Of a stretch of DNA of 64,000 bases, positions 37,148-45,770 are shown one piece after another. The stretch is from a virus. Made by a program: the position numbers and the translations under genes. The DNA lies in the IMG/VR virus record IMGVR_UViG_3300019926_000016; one strand, 5' to 3'. The notes below the pieces were generated by a model. It was not told the DNA's origin. It made no database searches and worked only from the letters and a program-made list of their open reading frames with translations. How positions within the stretch are numbered: the first letter of the stretch is position 1; every line of letters begins with the position of its first letter.

Positions 37148-37599
37148 TGGGAGACGATAATCTGCTTCTCTACGAAGCCGAAGACCGGCTCAAGAGTTGC
37201 GGCTTCGAGCGAATCGACACGGTATGGGATAGCATAGATAACAACGGAGTCACCCACCTCATACTTGCGTTCAAAGGAGAGTCGTTCTCTCTGAGAGCCA
37301 AGCAGTACCGATACGAAGGTAACGCCTCGTTCGGACTCGAACAGGTAGAACAGGCCGATGAAGACGGCCACGTTCTACTCTCATACGTTGATGACATCGA
37401 CATCTTCGCCGTCTTCGACCCTGCGGCAGTGCTGAAAGACGGCGATTGTTACAACCAGCCAAGCAAGCAGTCGGTCAGTCGGACTTGGATAGAGGTTCCA
37501 GCAGAGTACGGCGTTGAGATTACTGAATACCTCAACGACGAAGCAGAACCACGCGGAGTTTCCGGTGAAAATTCCGCACTAACGGAGTTCGCAGTATGA
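37147..37599 (+). CDS. hypothetical protein, possibly a restriction-endonuclease-like fold
   Basis: Start ATG 37147; fold is a weak inference. Confidence 0.6.
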   Translation: MGDDNLLLYEAEDRLKSCGFERIDTVWDSIDNNGVTHLILAFKGESFSLRAKQYRYEGNASFGLEQVEQADEDGHVLLSYVDDIDIFAVFDPAAVLKDGDCYNQPSKQSVSRTWIEVPAEYGVEITEYLNDEAEPRGVSGENSALTEFAV

Positions 37600-38075
37600 T
37601 TCTGTCAGACTCAAGCATCACTGAACAACTCGGGAACGGGGGGCAAATAGACTGTCAACCTTTTCCCGGCGATGAACAAATCCAACCAGCCTCGCTTGAC
37701 GTTCGGCTTGGTCGGGAGATGTACCACTTCGACTTCGACCGTTCAATAGAACGAGAAGAACATAAACTGATTCCCGGTAAGCGTTACCTCGGTCACACCA
37801 AGGAAACTATCGGCCTTCCGAACGACATCGCCGCACAACTGGCGGGTCGGTCATCCATTGGTAGGCAAGGCGTCATCGTCCACAAGACAGCGGGTTGGAT
37901 AGACCCCGGCTTCGAGGGTGACATCACGCTTGAATTGATGAATTTCGGGTCGGAACCAGTTGACCTGCAAGCAGGAGAACGTATCGCCCAACTCGTATTC
38001 TTCAAACTCGATTATCCGTCCGAAGGATACGATGGTAGTTACCAGAACCAGAGCGGCCCGACTCAAACTCAATAA
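37596..38075 (+). CDS. dcd: dCTP deaminase
   Basis: QIQPASLDVRLG, GRSSIGR, TAGWIDPGFEGDITLEL. Confidence 0.9.
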   Translation: MILSDSSITEQLGNGGQIDCQPFPGDEQIQPASLDVRLGREMYHFDFDRSIEREEHKLIPGKRYLGHTKETIGLPNDIAAQLAGRSSIGRQGVIVHKTAGWIDPGFEGDITLELMNFGSEPVDLQAGERIAQLVFFKLDYPSEGYDGSYQNQSGPTQTQ

Positions 38076-38266
38076 TGCAACAACATCAAGAACAACCGTT
38101 GACGTTCGACGCACGAATCGACTGTCCCGACTGCGGTGAGTCGGCTGAACTACGCGCTTCTCGAAAGAAAGGAAAAGCAGTGCTTGAATGTCCCGGCTGT
38201 GGCATCGTTGAAAGTGGCGTCATCCCCTACGGTGAAGGACTTGTTGTGGGTGAACAAAATGACTGA
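38075..38266 (+). CDS. zinc-ribbon protein
   Basis: CPDCG...CPGCG. Confidence 0.65.
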   Translation: MQQHQEQPLTFDARIDCPDCGESAELRASRKKGKAVLECPGCGIVESGVIPYGEGLVVGEQND

Positions 38267-38909
38267 GATGAAAGTCGAACTTCGAGACGAGTACAGTACA
38301 CCAAACCCGGACCAACTCGCGGCAATGGCGGCCCGTGGAGATTATATGAACGATAGTCTCGTCGGGACCGACTACGATGAAGCGATGGGCGACCGTGACC
38401 TTCAGGACTTCCTCAACGAAAAGGTCTACAAAGGACACTTCGGGGTCTTCGAGCATCCACAGGCATCGTTCTTCGTGGAAGGACTGAGCCGGAGTGCGAT
38501 GGCTCAAGTCACGCGACACCGACATATGAGCTTCGACGTGCAGAGTCAACGGTACGTGGACTTCAGTGAGAAAGACCCCGTTGTACCGCCGTCATTCGAC
38601 TGGTATTGGGAAAAAACACTAAAACAATTCTGGAGAGTCGGGTTATCTTGGTATCAGCAAGCAGTTGATGACGGAATACCAAAAGAAGACGCCCGGTTCT
38701 TCCTCCCTCTCGCCGCGCCGGTCAATATGACCCTCACGGCGAATCCTCGGTCACTGTTCCACTTCCTCGACCTGCGTGATAACGCGAAAGCGCAGTGGGA
38801 AGCACAAGAGTTTGCACAAGAAATCGGTGACGTTGCATCAGATTGGGCACCGAAATCGTTCCGTGCCTACGACGAGAAGACGAACAACAATTCGCTGAGG
38901 GCACCGTGA
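38259..38909 (+). CDS. thyX: FAD-dependent thymidylate synthase
   Basis: GHFGVFEH, RSAMAQVTRHRHMSFDVQSQRY, EDARFFLP, RDNAKAQWE; start ATG 38259. Confidence 0.93.
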   Translation: MTEMKVELRDEYSTPNPDQLAAMAARGDYMNDSLVGTDYDEAMGDRDLQDFLNEKVYKGHFGVFEHPQASFFVEGLSRSAMAQVTRHRHMSFDVQSQRYVDFSEKDPVVPPSFDWYWEKTLKQFWRVGLSWYQQAVDDGIPKEDARFFLPLAAPVNMTLTANPRSLFHFLDLRDNAKAQWEAQEFAQEIGDVASDWAPKSFRAYDEKTNNNSLRAP

Positions 38910-38988
38910 AAGAAGTAATATTCGGATTAGCATTAATGGCTACCGGATACTGGATATTGTTCTGGTTATTCCTCGGAAAAGATAAAAA

Positions 38989-39261
38989 ATGACTGAACAA
39001 GAAGTATGGAATCTCGTCATCGAGTACAGCGGCGCGGCAGACCGAGAACTTCACCGTTCACTTCACGTAAGTCCTCAGTCTGCCCGTAACAAGGCTGAAA
39101 AAGTTCTGACCTACGACGTTCCCGAGATGGAAGAGTGGTACGTCCGACCCAACTCGGACGAGATGAAAACGGAGTACGTCGGCTACGTTCTCGACCGCGA
39201 CGAAATCGACTCTTGGCCGATTCGGATAGAGGCCACCAGAGAGGAAATCCGCGATGACTGA
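38989..39261 (+). CDS. hypothetical protein
   Basis: 90 aa, overlaps the polB start. Confidence 0.6.
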   Translation: MTEQEVWNLVIEYSGAADRELHRSLHVSPQSARNKAEKVLTYDVPEMEEWYVRPNSDEMKTEYVGYVLDRDEIDSWPIRIEATREEIRDD

Positions 39262-41350
39262 ACACGAAGAAATCTACATTACCACGACAGAGACACTGTA
39301 CCCCGGAGACACCGACTTCGATAACCTCGTCGTCAGGCTCTACGGGCGAACCAGAGACGGAGACAGTAAGACCGTCACGGTGGAAGGCTACAAGCCGCAC
39401 TTCTTTACCACGGAGTCGGCGGCAGAGTCGGTCAATGTGGCTGACTTTGACGACCTTATCGAGTACGAACCTGTGGATTCGAAGCCGCTCTCGGAACGCT
39501 TCGATGACGACGCTACGAACCTCGTGAAAGTCATCGTGAAGTATCCCCACGCCGTCCCGATTCTGAAAGATGAATTTGAGACGACGTGGGCCGCAGACAC
39601 CATCTTCACCGAACGGTTTCGGATTGACAAAGACATCAGGACCGGAGTGAGAGTCCCAACCGAGAAGGGTGGAGATGACCATCACGTTGTTGACCACAAT
39701 GACGTGGAACCAGTCGAGATGAAAGACGTAGAACCCCGTGTTCTGACTCTTGACATCGAGACTGACGACCGTGGTGCAGGCTTCCCCGACCCCGGCGAAG
39801 CGCGGATTCTGAGTATCGCAGTTCACGACTCTTACGAAGACGAGTATCGAGTCTTCTTGGACTTGGACGGCGAGAACTTCGAGGATTTCTTCGGCCTCGA
39901 TATGGTCGAGCGAGCAAAGTTCTCCGAAGACGAACTGAGTCTTGCTGACATCGGTATAGATGAACCGGATTCGCTGAAGTTCGAGAAATCCGAGAAGCGG
40001 ATGTTGATAGCCTTCGGGTCGTGGGTGCAAGAGAAAGACCCGGACATCATCACCGGCTGGAACAGCGGAGATTCGGCAAACGACGGCTTCGACCTTCCCC
40101 ACATCATCGAGCGGATGAAGTCTCTCGATGCTTCGCCAAGTCGTCTGTCTCGTGAAGGGCAAGTCGAAGTGGACGACTATGGTGATGACTTTACGCCAAA
40201 GGTCACAGGACGCGCTCTCTACGACCTGATGGACGGATGGGGAGACACGAAGTTCACTGAACCTCGTTCCTACAAACTCGATGACGTAGCCGCTGATGCT
40301 CTCGATGACGCGAAGATAGAACACGAGCAACAGGGCTACTTCGAGATGTACCGCAATGACCCAGTGAAGTTCATCAACTACAACGTCAAAGACACTCGGC
40401 TTACTGTCGAAATTAACGACGAAGAAAACGTCCTCGGCTTCAAGAAACGGCTGAAGGATATGGTCGGCGTTGACTGGCGACGGACTCACCAGAACAACGA
40501 GTTTATCGAAATGTCTGTTCGCCGGAAGTGTAGTGAACACAATCTGGTGATGATTACGGCCTACGATAACGAGTACGTCGGCGGCGACACAGATGAAGTA
40601 AATTACGAAGGCGCATACGTCTTTACTCCATTTGAAGGTCTTCGTAAGAACGTAGTCGGGATTGACTTGGAATCTCTCTATCCTCGAACACAGCAAATGT
40701 TGAACGTGTCTCCTGATGCTCGAATTGAGAAGTCCAAGGCTCTCGTAGAAGGCATACCGTTCGTAGAAGCTGAGAACGGGCAGACGTTCCGTGACGACGT
40801 TGATGGCATTATGCGGGAACTGATTACCGATTATATGCAACTGAAAGCTAAGTTCAAAGAAGAGAGGAACGAAGCAGACCCCGGAACGGAAGAACGCGAA
40901 AAGTTGGCTGAAGTCTATAATGTCACAAAAACAATAGTTAACTCATTCTACGGGTACGGGGGATGGAATCGTTCCCCGCTCTATAATCCACACGATGCCG
41001 CCGCTGTGACACTTACTGGACAAGCAGTTATCAAGGCTACTGCCGAATATGTAAACTGCGAAACGCCCGGTGAAGTGGTTTATGGCGACACCGACTCGGT
41101 TTACTGTCAATGGCCTAACAAATGGGGACAAGTCAAAACGCTGGAATACGTAGATGAAGTCTGCGGCCATCTCAACGACAAACTTTACCCCGACCTCTGC
41201 GAAGAATACAGAATAAACCCACAAGACAACCGCTGGAATATGGAACTGGAAAAATTATGCACAATGTTTATGAGTGGCAGTAAGAAACGATATAGCGCGT
41301 GTGTGCGGTGGTCTGAGGGGATGTCGTTCAATGAGGTGATAGTCCAATGA
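39254..41350 (+). CDS. polB: family B DNA polymerase, N-terminal part (exonuclease, palm, fingers)
   Basis: LDIETD, GWNS..FDLPHI, DLESLYP, KTIVNSFYG, YGDTDS, KKRY; ends before the thumb. Confidence 0.95.
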   Translation: MTEHEEIYITTTETLYPGDTDFDNLVVRLYGRTRDGDSKTVTVEGYKPHFFTTESAAESVNVADFDDLIEYEPVDSKPLSERFDDDATNLVKVIVKYPHAVPILKDEFETTWAADTIFTERFRIDKDIRTGVRVPTEKGGDDHHVVDHNDVEPVEMKDVEPRVLTLDIETDDRGAGFPDPGEARILSIAVHDSYEDEYRVFLDLDGENFEDFFGLDMVERAKFSEDELSLADIGIDEPDSLKFEKSEKRMLIAFGSWVQEKDPDIITGWNSGDSANDGFDLPHIIERMKSLDASPSRLSREGQVEVDDYGDDFTPKVTGRALYDLMDGWGDTKFTEPRSYKLDDVAADALDDAKIEHEQQGYFEMYRNDPVKFINYNVKDTRLTVEINDEENVLGFKKRLKDMVGVDWRRTHQNNEFIEMSVRRKCSEHNLVMITAYDNEYVGGDTDEVNYEGAYVFTPFEGLRKNVVGIDLESLYPRTQQMLNVSPDARIEKSKALVEGIPFVEAENGQTFRDDVDGIMRELITDYMQLKAKFKEERNEADPGTEEREKLAEVYNVTKTIVNSFYGYGGWNRSPLYNPHDAAAVTLTGQAVIKATAEYVNCETPGEVVYGDTDSVYCQWPNKWGQVKTLEYVDEVCGHLNDKLYPDLCEEYRINPQDNRWNMELEKLCTMFMSGSKKRYSACVRWSEGMSFNEVIVQ

Positions 41351-41916
41351 GCAAACCCTACCACGACCGCGACACTCTCGAAAAGGATATTCAGAAATTG
41401 GGAACCCAAACCGCAGTAGCAGAAAAATATGGAGTTTCCCAAGCAACAATTGGACACTTCGTTAGAAAATACAAAATTGACCAAGAGGAATGGTCCTATG
41501 ACAGATGGAGTAACGAAGAAACGCCGTGGAGAAACAAAGAAACCCTTCAAAAAACCTGTGAAGAATGTAATAGTATATCAGAGGTAAGTCGCTTGTTGGG
41601 TTGCGAGCGAAAAACAATCACCCGTTGGATGAACCGCCACGAGATAGATATTGAATTTTGGGAGGGTGACGGATATAGTTCTCCGTATCCGGGTGACTGG
41701 AGAAATATAGCAGAAAGGACAAGAGAACGTGATGGAGAGTGTGTTCGTTGTGGGGTAAATCCAGATAGAACACTTTCTGTTCACCACATTATTCCTGTTA
41801 AGGAATTTGACGACCCCAAAGATGCTCATTATCTGGAAAATTTAATGACCGTCTGTCGAAGTTGTCACAGAAAGATTGAAAATCTTCCCGAAGCAGAACA
41901 ACGAGAGATGATATAA
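41347..41916 (+). CDS. HNH endonuclease with HTH repeats, inserted within polB
   Basis: CVRCG...SVHHIIP...ENLMTVCRSCH; lower GC than the flanks. Confidence 0.9.
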   Translation: MSKPYHDRDTLEKDIQKLGTQTAVAEKYGVSQATIGHFVRKYKIDQEEWSYDRWSNEETPWRNKETLQKTCEECNSISEVSRLLGCERKTITRWMNRHEIDIEFWEGDGYSSPYPGDWRNIAERTRERDGECVRCGVNPDRTLSVHHIIPVKEFDDPKDAHYLENLMTVCRSCHRKIENLPEAEQREMI

Positions 41917-42545
41917 TGGCTGACACAATGACCATCGAAGAAGCAGAGAACAAAGACGTAACCATCGGGAAGTTTAGTGTTACGGGTTACGACTGCGTGA
42001 AGTCGAACTTCTCGATGCTGACGAAGGAAACACAAGAAACCGTTCTGGAGCAAATCGTTCGCGGCGAAGACAAGTCGGCTGTCGTTGAGACGGTTCACGA
42101 AGCCGCTACTTCAATCGACGCTACGGACCCGGACTGGGAACACATCGGCGTTCCACAGGGTCTTGGCAAAAAGATAAACCCGAACAAGGCAGACGAAGAC
42201 GCCTACTATACGTGGTCCTCCACAGGCAATCATCCCCGTGGAGAAGCACCACGAGCGGCGTGGTTTGCTAATCACCTTCTCGATGTTGACCTTGCGAAAG
42301 GAGACAAGCCGAAGCGCGTGAAGGTCAAGCCCGGTCTGACCGTCGATGGCGAAGATGTAGATGTGATTGCGTTCGACTCTGAAGAAGACTTGTCTGACGT
42401 TGACGTGAAGGTTGATGCTTCAGAGATGCAACGCAAGTGTCTCGAAAATCCGCTTGACGACGTTCTCGATGCGTTCGGGGTCGAGACGGAAACCGCATTG
42501 CAGGGAAAAGCGCAGAGTCAGAGCGGTCTGGAGGCTTTCTGTTGA
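41916..42545 (+). CDS. polB: family B DNA polymerase, C-terminal (thumb) part
   Basis: FSVTGYDCVKSN continues the PolB ITG..xRS motif; GDKPKRVKV; C-terminal QSGLEAF PIP-like box. Confidence 0.85.
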   Translation: MADTMTIEEAENKDVTIGKFSVTGYDCVKSNFSMLTKETQETVLEQIVRGEDKSAVVETVHEAATSIDATDPDWEHIGVPQGLGKKINPNKADEDAYYTWSSTGNHPRGEAPRAAWFANHLLDVDLAKGDKPKRVKVKPGLTVDGEDVDVIAFDSEEDLSDVDVKVDASEMQRKCLENPLDDVLDAFGVETETALQGKAQSQSGLEAFC

Positions 42546-42748
42546 TGGAAAAACACGACGTTTCCCCGGAATAGTCACGGAAAAGAGCAACACAGACCCA
42601 GTGACGAGGATGACAGAATTAGCTCGCGTTCACAAACGCCAAATCGAACGGGCCTAAAAAATGGGTCTGCTTCACGGAATCAACGCACAGTCGATAGCGC
42701 AGGTGAAAAATAACGTGATAGAATTTGAAGACTATGGTTGGGATGTAG

Positions 42749-44218
42749 ATGGCTGAATATTGTGTTTTCTGCGGCATTGAGTTTTCTCTTCAAGAAATCT
42801 GGTATCCGTACAAACACCTCAAAAATTGCGACGAACATTCAACAATGCAAACTAACACACATATCAGCGGCTCAAGTACCAATGCAAAAGTAATGCTCCC
42901 CGAATCGGAGCTTGAAGAAGGAGTCGTAGACCAGATTCAGGAAATGATAGACCACGAATCGTTCCAAAACGATGTGGCTATTATGCCGGATACGCACGTC
43001 GGAAGCGGCGCAGTTATCGGCTTTACGATGCCTCTCGGGGAACGTGTAGTTCCGAACACAATCGGAGTAGACATTGGTTGTGGGATGTACGCCGTGAACT
43101 TCGGGAACGTGGAATACGACCGGAAGACCCTGCAACTGTGGGACGAAGAAATCCGCGAGAAAGTTCCGATGGGGTTCGAGGTTCGACAAGATAGAGCCTA
43201 CCACCTCCTGAACGACTTCCCGTGGAAGAAAGCACGAGAAAAGCTTGCACAATTCGAAGAACAGTACGGCGGTCTTCGTAGTGATGTGTGGCGGTTCGAA
43301 CCAGAACTTGCGATGGATTACTTCGAAGACCTGTGCAACCGCATCGGCTACGACCAGACTCGTGCCATCAACTCGGTCGGGTCACTCGGTGGCGGTAATC
43401 ACTTCATCGAACTTGGTCACAGCGACAAGACCGGATTGTGGGCCATCATCCACAGTGGAAGCCGTGGCCTCGGGCTAAATATTGCTCAGTACCATCAGGA
43501 ACGCGCAGTTGAACTTCGAAGTGCCGAAAAGTTCGAGAAGAACGTTCTGCCTGAATATTATCGGGAGTACGCCACCGATGAATTGAAACCGAAAGCAGAC
43601 AAAATCCGTGAAGACTTCGAGGGAACCGAAATCGGACAAGTGTTCGACAAAATCAGCCAAGCTCGTCAGGAAGCAACTGAAGCGTTCAATGATGACCTTG
43701 CATACCTCGAAGGAGCAGAGGCGCACCAATACTTCGTGGATATGATTTTCGCTCAGATGTACGCTTCCCAGTCGCGGAAGCTGATAATGTCGAAGGTCGC
43801 TGAAGTCGTCGGAGCAATCCCAAAGTGTCCTATCGAGAGCGTTCACAACTTCATCGACTTCGAGGATATGACCATCCGAAAAGGTGCGACTCGTGCTTCT
43901 GAAGGCGAAATTGCCGTTGTTCCCTTCAATATGAGGGACGGGACGCTTCTCGTGGAGGGGAAAGGAAACGACCGATGGAATAACTCGGCTCCGCACGGAG
44001 CGGGTCGGGTAATGTCTCGGACTCAAGCGTTCGATGAACTGGACCTGAGAGACTTCAAGAAAACTATGGACGGTGTAGAGTCTTCGTCAGTGACCGAAGA
44101 GACGTTGGACGAAGCACCAATGGCGTACAAGTCTTCCGGCCTTATCGAGTCGGCCATTGAACCGACCGCTGAGATAGTGGACCAAATTCGACCAGTCTTG
44201 AATCTGAAGGCAGAGTGA
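42749..44218 (+). CDS. rtcB: RtcB RNA 2',3'-cyclic phosphate/3'-phosphate to 5'-OH ligase
   Basis: MPDTHVG, GVDIGCG, GSLGGGNHFIE, IHSGSRG, HNF, RKGA, SAPHGAGR, DEAPMAYK; second possible start ATG 42845. Confidence 0.97.
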   Translation: MAEYCVFCGIEFSLQEIWYPYKHLKNCDEHSTMQTNTHISGSSTNAKVMLPESELEEGVVDQIQEMIDHESFQNDVAIMPDTHVGSGAVIGFTMPLGERVVPNTIGVDIGCGMYAVNFGNVEYDRKTLQLWDEEIREKVPMGFEVRQDRAYHLLNDFPWKKAREKLAQFEEQYGGLRSDVWRFEPELAMDYFEDLCNRIGYDQTRAINSVGSLGGGNHFIELGHSDKTGLWAIIHSGSRGLGLNIAQYHQERAVELRSAEKFEKNVLPEYYREYATDELKPKADKIREDFEGTEIGQVFDKISQARQEATEAFNDDLAYLEGAEAHQYFVDMIFAQMYASQSRKLIMSKVAEVVGAIPKCPIESVHNFIDFEDMTIRKGATRASEGEIAVVPFNMRDGTLLVEGKGNDRWNNSAPHGAGRVMSRTQAFDELDLRDFKKTMDGVESSSVTEETLDEAPMAYKSSGLIESAIEPTAEIVDQIRPVLNLKAE

Positions 44219-44322
44219 AGACTGAATCTTGTCCTCACTGCAATGGTCCACTCTACAAACGCCATTGCAAGGTCTGCTGTGAACAGTGTGGTGTAATCAA
44301 AGACTGCTCAGACCCGTTTTGA
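44215..44322 (+). CDS. haloarchaeal micro zinc-finger protein (HVO_2523-like, 35 aa)
   Basis: CPHCNGPLYKRHCKVCCEQCGVIKDCSDPF; GTGA overlap with the rtcB stop. Confidence 0.65.
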   Translation: MKTESCPHCNGPLYKRHCKVCCEQCGVIKDCSDPF

Positions 44323-44498
44323 GCCAAAGAAAACTTGTTACAATTACTGAATTTCTGCGTAGAATCGACAGCCCTGCTTGCACTACGAATGACAGCAGGC
44401 GACGAACAGATGGCCGAGGCATCACGAGAACTGCCCGATAAATACCTCTCGAAAATCGCGCAACGACACCCGAATCAGACTCGCGGGATTATCGCTGG

Positions 44499-44753
44499 TT
44501 GGCAAGAAAAACAATGACAAACCGTGATAATTCTGTGAGAGGCCGTGAGGCTTACGAGAAGGCGTTCGAGGTTGGGGCAGTGGGATGTATCCTATTATTG
44601 ATTGCGACGGTACTGGGCCACACGCTAACCGGCCTCTTGGCGTTAGCAGTATGGACGGTCGTTACGCTCTTCGCTTTGCCGTGGTTCTATATCCTATATC
44701 GTAACAAAATTCCTCACTTTCCCAGTTGGTTCCTTCGAGGACCACATCAATAG
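44499..44753 (+). CDS. small membrane protein
   Basis: Two hydrophobic stretches. Confidence 0.6.
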   Translation: MARKTMTNRDNSVRGREAYEKAFEVGAVGCILLLIATVLGHTLTGLLALAVWTVVTLFALPWFYILYRNKIPHFPSWFLRGPHQ

Positions 44754-44774
44754 GGACAGTACAATACTGAAAGA

Positions 44775-44817
44775 ATAGTAGGGAAAGAACCGAGAAGGGC
44801 GGAAGTAAACCCGACTA
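44775..44817 (+). repeat. 43-bp direct repeat, copy 2
   Basis: Identical to 19516..19558; followed by pyrimidine-rich and TACTA tracts. Confidence 0.9.
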
Positions 44818-44882
44818 ACCTTTACCTTTATCTTTTACCCTCTTTTACTACTATATACTATACTACTATAAAGACAAAAAGA

Positions 44883-44929
44883 CCCCCTGATAGAGAAAGA
44901 GACTGAATATCTCCTTCTCTGTCAGGGGG
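44883..44929. terminator. strong hairpin between the convergent early/replication and late arms
   Basis: CCCCCTGA-TAGAGAA...TTCTCTG-TCAGGGGG. Confidence 0.6.
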
Positions 44930-45182
44930 ATTTTCGTCGTGTATAATAAAGACTTGAAGTGTACTTTAAAGTGTTCGAAGAATGAAGACTGCGTATGGAG
45001 TTAAGCCCACGGCAGGTTTCCTTCGTGAAGTCAGAAATGGAACGGATTCAAAACGATGAATCCCGCCAACCAACTGAAAAAGTAGAGGCTGGCCGAATCC
45101 AAAAAGAAGCAGAAGACCGACTCACCGAGTAACCATTGCTATCAAGCCAAACTCCCCGCCCCGAACCCACCCGGTGAGGTGG

Positions 45183-45437
45183 CTACAAATCTTCTAAATC
45201 GTCGCTCAGGTCTTCACGTTTTTCTTCATCTGCCGTGATATAATTTAGCCCCGAGACTGCACTGATACCGAGGATATAGACTACAACCCATCCAATTGTT
45301 TCCAAGCCGGACGGGACAAACGATGCAAAAAGATGGTCCAAAATATTTTCCATCGTGAAGACCAGCAAGACTGCGCTCAATACTTCAGCCGGAACGAAGA
45401 AATCAACGACTCCGGCCAGCGAGCGTAACTTCTGCAC
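45183..45437 (-). CDS. small membrane protein, holin candidate
   Basis: 2-3 hydrophobic segments, charged C-terminus, last gene of the late operon. Confidence 0.55.
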   Translation of the reverse strand: MQKLRSLAGVVDFFVPAEVLSAVLLVFTMENILDHLFASFVPSGLETIGWVVVYILGISAVSGLNYITADEEKREDLSDDLEDL

Positions 45438-45449
45438 CTTCCCGAGTCC

Positions 45450-45656
45450 TTACTTGTTCTCTTTCAAGTCGGAGATTTCAACCATCAGTTCACCATCTTT
45501 CGTCTCTCCGAGAGTGAGTGAATAACCCATCTCCGCGAGGGCTTCACGATGGTTGCTGATAGTATCTAATTCATCTCGCAACTGACCGAGACGTTGGAGC
45601 AAGTTCGATGCGTCACTGTCATTGCCGATTGAGATGTCGGCACGAATTTCTGTCAT
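45450..45656 (-). CDS. hypothetical protein
   Basis: Probable start MTEIRAD. Confidence 0.55.
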   Translation of the reverse strand: MTEIRADISIGNDSDASNLLQRLGQLRDELDTISNHREALAEMGYSLTLGETKDGELMVEISDLKENK

Positions 45657-45663
45657 TGGTAAA

Positions 45664-45768
45664 TTATCCACAAGCCGACCAACCGCACTCAGGACACCAC
45701 GCACAACCGCTTTGTGGTGCTATATCTTCGTTACCGCAGTCAAGACATTTTTCAGGTATTCCGGCCAC
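45664..45768 (-). CDS. stand-alone micro zinc ribbon (34 aa) resembling the class II RNR C-terminal ribbon
   Basis: CLDCG...SGCAWCPECGWSACG; GTG start; not in the ORF track. Confidence 0.5.
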   Translation of the reverse strand: MAGIPEKCLDCGNEDIAPQSGCAWCPECGWSACG

Positions 45769-45770
45769 GT

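Noticed and set aside
39017-40840. 607-aa ORF on the - strand
   Set aside because: Antisense shadow of polB; not acidic, no motifs; such shadows are common in this codon-biased DNA
41330-41960. Self-splicing intron or intein in polB
   Set aside because: No group I core elements, intein termini or clear bulge-helix-bulge by eye; both flanking ORFs have coupled stops and starts, which fits a split gene
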